Made by a program: the position numbers and the translations under genes. Under the pieces are notes generated by a model, which saw nothing but the letters and a program-made list of their open reading frames with translations, was not told the DNA's origin and did no database searches. A stretch of DNA of 64,000 nt from Eledone cirrhosa (lineage: Eukaryota), in the NCBI GenBank assembly GCA_964016885.1, contig OZ024742.1, forward strand, positions 58,032,001-58,096,000, in the 5' to 3' direction. Below are positions 58,436 to 64,000 of this stretch, one piece after another (within the stretch, counting starts at the first letter, position 1; each line of letters opens with the position of its first letter).

Positions 58436-58471
58436 TCTTCTGATGAAGGACTAGTGTCCGATACGTTAAGA
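58436..58471 (+). ncRNA. Degenerate minimal type I hammerhead ribozyme motif (Penelope-type)
   Basis: TCTT-CTGATGA-A-GGAC-TAGT-GTCC-GATAC-GTT-AAGA gives the CUGAUGA core, a 4-bp stem II, GAAAC altered to GATAC, and stem I TCTT/AAGA. Confidence 0.55.
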
Positions 58472-58611
58472 TCCTCTTCCTGCTATATCAAGCGTTAACC
58501 TAATATATACCTTCCATATACTGTACCAATTGTGTTGTTATTTCTGTTTACCTTTTACATGCATACACACACACACATAAAAATATATATGTGTGTGTGT
58601 GTGTGTGCGTG

Positions 58612-59653
58612 TCATCATCATCATCATCACCGTTTTACGTCCGTTCTTCCACGCTAGCATGGGTTAGACGGGTTGTCCTGTTGTGGGCAGTGTCTGGTCG
58701 GCTGACCATGCCTTGCTCATACAAGAACTGATCTGGCTTGATTTCTACAGCTGGATGCCCTTCCTAACACCAACCTCATTTACAGTGAGTGCTGGGTGCT
58801 TTTTCGTGGCGCCTACACGTCCACTTTACAGTGTGGGCTGGGTGCTTTTTTGCCGTGGCACCTCCACGACCACCTTGCGGTGGGGGGGGGGGCATTTTGT
58901 TTATATGCTTCAGCATGTACCCATGGGAGGTCGGGTACCCTGTATTACTGCGTGACGCCAGAAGTCACGGTCGTGTGTCATTGACTTTGAGAGGTGTAGT
59001 TGGGTAAGGTCGGCTTTTATCACCTCATCCCAAGTCATCTTGGGTCTCCCCACTCCGCGGTTTCCATCAACTTCTAGTGCTCTGCACCTTTTTATGCAGC
59101 TGTCATCCTTCATACGCATCACATGTCCATACCAGCGTAACCGCCTCTCCTGCACGCAGCATTTGATTCCTCTTATGCTCAGTCTCTCTCTCAATTCATT
59201 TATGCTTTGTCGTTCACGTATATTACTGTTACACATCCATCGGAGCATGCAGGCTTCGTTTCTCTCTAATCTACGTAAGTCTTCCACCTTCAGCGCCCAG
59301 GTCTCACTACCATGCAACATCGCTGTTCGGATACACGCATCATACAGTCTGCCTTTCATTCTGAGGGAGAAGCCTTTTGCAGCTAGCAGTGGTAGTAGTT
59401 CCCTAAACTTCTTCCATCCCGTTCTTACCCTAGTTATTGTACTTTCTGAGCACCCACCTCCGTTGCTAATTCGGTCACCTAGGTAGCAGAAGCTGTCTAC
59501 TGTTTCTACAGGGCCCTCCCAGAGATTGGTGGTACTTGTTTCCTGTGGCTGTTTGCTTGCTGTTTCAGCACAGCTGCTGCATGTGAATCCTACATTCTTA
59601 ATTAAGCTTCCTGAGATCCCGCTACATCTCTTGTGTACCCATTGTTTGCATTT
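58612..59653 (-). mobile_element. RTE-clade LINE, 5'-truncated ~1 kb copy (subfamily A)
   Basis: (CAT)n tail, 3' UTR, and an open frame from ~59653 to 58910. Confidence 0.92.
58910..59653 (-). pseudogene. RTE ORF C-terminal part: partial PHD-like finger, end of RT/thumb, C-terminus
   Basis: KCKQWVHKRCSGISGSLIKNVGFTCSSC...VETVDSFCYLGD...RTGWKKFREL...KGRLYDACIRTAMLHGSETW...RRLRWYGHVMR...GRPKMTWDEVI, with no stops seen by manual translation. Confidence 0.9.
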
Positions 59654-59676
59654 GGGGCAGAGAATGGAGTATGGAA

Positions 59677-62560
59677 TGTATACATATAATTAAATAAACG
59701 TATATAAATAAATAAATACGTATATAACAAGCGCACACACATACCTACATGTAAATACACATATGTTTGGAGACGTAGGTCAACCAAAACACAAAGCACA
59801 CATATACACACACCCCACATACGTACGAACCCGCATACTCACACAAATGTAAAACTCGCGTATACACATAACCAAAAGCACATGTACCAGAATATATAAT
59901 ATATACGCCATAACATATACAATCAAATATATGTACGAGAAAGTATACGTACCATCACAAAACATACAGGTAATATATACTTAGCTACCACATGAAGACG
60001 TAAAATATCCGCGTATAGTTCGTACTATCCGTTAGGGTATAATGTGGGGCTGTAATACAGGAAAGTTTTGTGAAATTTATGTTTACAAGCCGAAATTGCC
60101 TCAGATTTTTTGTTTAAGATGTGGTCTTTGGCGTAGAGTATTTCCAGGGCCTCAGCGGCGCAGAGGTCACATGGTCTTTTATTTCCATTACACGATCTAG
60201 CCCTATCTGGGATCTCCCAGTGTAACTTATATTGGGTGTGGTTGTCTTTTAGACTCTAGATATAAGCTGAAAGTGACGTCATATTCCTTCTTAAAGGGTA
60301 ACGAAAAGAATGGGTATGCATGTAAAGAGGCTGCTTGAATCTATTGGCAGTTAACCCTATGTAGGCCCTACGCGACGTGGGTGTTTCAACCTTACATTTG
60401 TAGACAATGTTACTAGAGAGGCATTTCCCGGATAGGGGGTAGTCAACCCGATTCCTACAATTACAGTTAGTACTAACTACAGGGTTGCACGTGTTCCTAT
60501 GGTTAGGTAGTTTAGCTAAATTTGAAGCTGTGATGTTATGTGCAAGGTTAGGAGTTGTAGAGTAAGAAATTTTAATAGTATTTCTATTAAAAATTTTACT
60601 ATATTTATGTGTAGGGGGAAAATGCTTCATAATAAGGGAGAGAAAGATCTTAGCTAATGGTGTGGCCACCTCTATATTATATGGTGGGTTATACCATATA
60701 ATGCGTCGGGATCTATTTCTTCTAGGTTGATTCTCGTACTTTGTATATGCTACCTTATCGACAAATCCACTCCGAGCAAGAGCTTCATTGTAATATGTGG
60801 AATGGTCGTTGAAAATATGCTCGTTAGTAGATAGACGGGAAAGCCTCAAAGAAACGTTTCTTAGCAGGTTCTTGGTTAGAATGCTTACTTATGTAATTAA
60901 GCGTATCATTCGGCTTTCTATACGGGTAATGCAAGCCATTCGATAAATTGAGGGTAACGTCGAGGTAATTAACGACCAAGGCTGTGAGTTCTTTTCTGAA
61001 CCTGTCATAAGCACGTGGGCCGCACTTAGTCATGGTCAAAAGACCATCATCACGGTACAAACCACCGCCCACGTTGGGGAATTCTTCCTTGATAGAGAAA
61101 AGAAGGAAAAGGCCAATAAGATCAGTAACCTCCGCAGAATCGCTGGCGCCCATACTCACGTCGAATGGGGTACTATTAGATTTTTTTTATCCAAATAGAG
61201 TCGTCAAAATTAATCACCGACTTTCGGGCATTGAGGAGGACATCAACTTCGAAATCCTTAACCACTGTGAGTGTTTTAGCGAAATTGATAGCTCTAAGGA
61301 GAAGTGGTAAAGTGATGGAGGAGTAGTAATTATTGATGTCGAATTGGATAAAATGGCAATGTTTCTTGTTGCATATGCCGTTGAACCAATCAATCACCGT
61401 GAAAGAATTGTTCCACAGTGCAAGAGGGGCCAAACTTCTAATTTCAGGTATCATTCTATCAAGAATCCTTTTACTAAGTCTACCTAATCGGATTTCGTAG
61501 GGTTAATAAGCCGAATAGAGGGGTTGTTCGGAAAATTGGATTTGTGATCCTTCAGGGTAAAGTGGGGAGAAATAGGGTCCAGAGGTTCGGCCCGGTCCAG
61601 GATGTTGAGATCAGAGGTGATTTTAAACCCAGCATCGTTGATTTCATTAATGACGCTCCGATTAGTTTTACGGTAATCCTTAGTTACAGCATTATGTAAC
61701 AGTTGATGGGAAGTACTGTGTTCCACTTGATATAGGTTGCCAGTTTTGTCGGAATGGACGTGCACGGCATTATAATCCTTAATAGAACGAATTCTATTCT
61801 TCAGGTCCTGCTGGAAGGAATTGCTCATATTACGAAATTTGATACTCCGTATGAGTTCCAAGACATCATTTTCGAAGGGTAGCAATGCTGGGTTACTCGG
61901 AGGGTTATTATAGGTTTTAAACCCAAATTTATCCTGTTTGTTGTCTGCTTTTCCCTGATTATCGAAATAAAAGGCACGCCAACGCAACCTTTTAATGAAC
62001 GCATCTGTTTTCTGTATCAGGAGTTTTAGGTATGTTTTCCTGTTTGGTACAGGTATGTTCTTTGTAGAAATATTCAGATGTTGTTTCTGCATGATGAATG
62101 CAAGTCAATAGAGTACTCAACTAAGGGAGCGAAATAGTAATAATAATAAATTTTAAGACTAAAATCCAAAGAGAGCTCGATAAGGATAAATATTACGTCT
62201 TGATGTGGTAGCTAAGTATATGTTATGTTTATACCACTACTTATTTGTATAGGTAAGTATATATTACCTGTATGTTTTGTGAAGGTACGTATACTTTCTC
62301 GTACGTATATTTGATTGTATATGTTATGGCGTATATATTATATAGTCTGGTACATATGCTTTTGGTTATGTGTATACGTGAGTTTTGCATTTGTGTGAGT
62401 ATGCGGGTTCGTACGTATGTAGGGTGTGTGTATATGTGTGCTTTGTGTTTTGGTTGACCTACGTCTCCGAACATATGTGTATTTACATGTAGGTATGTGT
62501 GTGGGCTTGTTATATACGTATTTATTTATTTATATACGTTTATTTAATTATATGTATACA
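59677..62560 (-). mobile_element. Penelope-like retroelement (C-terminal GIY-YIG EN; possibly Hydra clade) bounded by inverted repeats
   Basis: RT-EN pseudogene between inverted repeats at 59677-60010 and 62184-62560. ORFs 59780(-) and 62272(+) are near-identical translations of the two arms. Confidence 0.9.
60025..62092 (-). pseudogene. Penelope-like reverse transcriptase + GIY-YIG endonuclease, disrupted
   Basis: N-terminal STKNIPVP..FIKRLRWRAF. RT motifs IRLINP, FIQFDINNYYSSI, MGASDSAE, GLYRDDGL, NYLDVTL. Linker WYNPPY, CNCRNRVDYPLSGKCL. EN IVYKC..YIGLT..FKQPLYMH. Continues past TAG 60256 through CDLCAAE, LNKKSE, CKH to TAG at 60025. Several frameshifts. Confidence 0.92.
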
Positions 62561-62584
62561 CGCACACACACACACACACACACA

Positions 62585-62758
62585 CATCATCATCATCATC
62601 ATTTCATTTTACGTCCACTTTTCCCTGCTTGCAAGGGTGGGACGGGAACTGATTCTGGCTTGATTTCTACAGCTGGATGCCCTTCCTAGCACCAACCTCA
62701 TTTACAGTGAGTGCTGGGTACTTTTTTGCCGTGGCACCTCCATGAGCACTTTGCAGTG
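62585..62758 (-). mobile_element. Short RTE-related element (condensed 3' UTR blocks)
   Basis: (CAT)n, TTTTACGTCC, then GCTTGATTTCTACAGCTGGATGCCCTTCCT and TTTTTTGCCGTGGCACCTCC as in subfamily A, but with intervening segments missing. Confidence 0.75.
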
Positions 62759-62779
62759 CAATGATAGGGACCCCAGTCT

Positions 62780-62913
62780 ACAGCTGAGTAAACTGGAGCA
62801 ATGTGAAATAAAGTGTCTTGCTCAAGGAAACAACACATCACCCGGTCTGAGAATTGAACTCACAACATTTCGATTGCAAGGCCAATGCTCTAACCACTAA
62901 GCCATGTGCCTCC
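62780..62913 (-). mobile_element. CORE-type tRNA SINE 5' half
   Basis: Minus strand GGAGGCACATGGCTTAGTGGTTAGAGC (A box), GAGTTCAATTC (B box), TTCCTTGAGCAAGACACTTTATTTCACATTGCTCCAG. Confidence 0.85.
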
Positions 62914-63104
62914 AGGGTTCTGTAAGTGCGTGCGGGTTTTTTTTGTGTACGTGCGTGTATTTGTATACCTATGGCGAGTGTTTTCGCATATGCTTGTGTA
63001 TGTACGTTTATGGATGCGCGTATGTATTTATTTAATTTCAATTACCTCTGTATTTTATTTACTTTATTCTTAACTCTGAAGCCGAGAATCATTCGGTTTC
63101 CTAG

Positions 63105-63380
63105 TTAGAATTCTTGTCTACGACTTCAGTTATACCATTTACGTGGTTTTGTCTTTGCGCGCAATTGTTCTCCCCGCTCCACATGACGTATTTTCTTTGT
63201 TTTTTCCGTTCATTGCCAGAGAACGTCTCTATGAACCACCTAATAGAATATTAGTCTACGACTTCTTTTATACCATAAACGTGGTTTTGTCTTTGCGTGT
63301 AACTGTTTTTCACCGATCCAAATAATGACGTATTATATTCGTTTTTTCCCGCTCTTTGCCAGGGAACGTTTCCACGAACC
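63105..63380. repeat. Diverged tandem dimer, ~138-bp period
   Basis: GTCTACGACTTC at 63116 and 63254. ACGTGGTTTTGTCTTTGCG, ATGACGTATT and TTGCCAG.GAACGT are present in both copies. Confidence 0.85.
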
Positions 63381-63524
63381 AAAGTATCGTCTACCTGTCT
63401 TCCACCGGTTGCGACGGTTTTTGAAATATCCACTTCTGCGTTCACAGATTGACTTTGTTAGTTTCAGAAGATCCTGTTAAGGGTGAAAGCAGCGATTCTT
63501 TGCTGCTTAAACTTTAATCTGTTA

Positions 63525-63528
<4 letters not shown>

Positions 63529-63601
<73 letters not shown>
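63529..63601. repeat. (TA)n microsatellite
   Basis: ~36 TA units. Confidence 0.97.
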
Positions 63602-63607
<6 letters not shown>

Positions 63608-63749
63608 TGTAAAATAAGAAAATTATAAAATTAACTTACTTACTAAAATATCACTTCCAACTAATTAGTTTCTGGAATGGAAAAAATATATTTTCCGAAG
63701 AAAACACACAGAATCATTCCGTCGTCAGGGGAGACTATTCTCATCTAAG

Positions 63750-64000
63750 TATCCAGGCAAAGCGTGGACTCTGGAAACTTATTAAAAAATAATTCAGTGG
63801 ATAGAAAATAGCAAAGCGTGGACTGAATTCCTAGCCATTGAGAAAATCACTGCCTCTGCGTCGGTGGCAAATTCAAAAAGAATCAATCACGTGACATCGA
63901 GGTCAATCAGTGGAAAGTGGTTTGCTAATAAGACAGCGCCCTGCCTGCGACCATAGCAGCAGTCACGGCCAATATTGCTCGACAAATAATTTGGAGATAA
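63750..64000. promoter_or_regulatory. Possible promoter-like region
   Basis: Locally CpG-richer. ATCACGTGAC E-box at ~63886-63895, GGCCAAT at ~63967, and GCAAAGCGTGGACT repeated at ~63757 and ~63811. Motifs only. Confidence 0.25.

Noticed and set aside
63930-63950. CTCF-like site GACAGCGCCCTGCCTG
   Set aside because: Only a partial match to the consensus; not supportable without a motif scan or ChIP.

Overview
Eukaryotic (animal) genomic DNA, not prokaryotic. Bases 1-~49,950 are one uninterrupted head-to-tail satellite of a 35-bp monomer (consensus GATATAGTCACACATTGTTGGTA[C/T]TG[GA/GG/AG/GT]ATGGTGG, roughly 1,400 copies, open at the left edge). It has a few recurrently variable sites, and rare-variant markers reveal nested duplications from 140 bp to ~11 kb. 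All ORFs in the array are artefacts. The last 14 kb is a dense transposon mosaic: CORE-type and MetaSINE-like tRNA SINEs, several RTE LINE 3' fragments, a CRE fragment, a dead DD34E Tc1 element with IR/DR ends, a hAT-like MITE holding a minisatellite, a 100-bp-TIR element enclosing TTAGGG repeats, a degenerate hammerhead ribozyme, and a near full-length Penelope-like element between ~330-bp inverted repeats. The repeat families suggest a mollusc, probably an octopus (inference from recall, not searched). No intact gene is certain. Short exon-like segments next to the array hint that the satellite may lie inside, or derive from, a host gene. That is the most interesting lead, and it is unproven.
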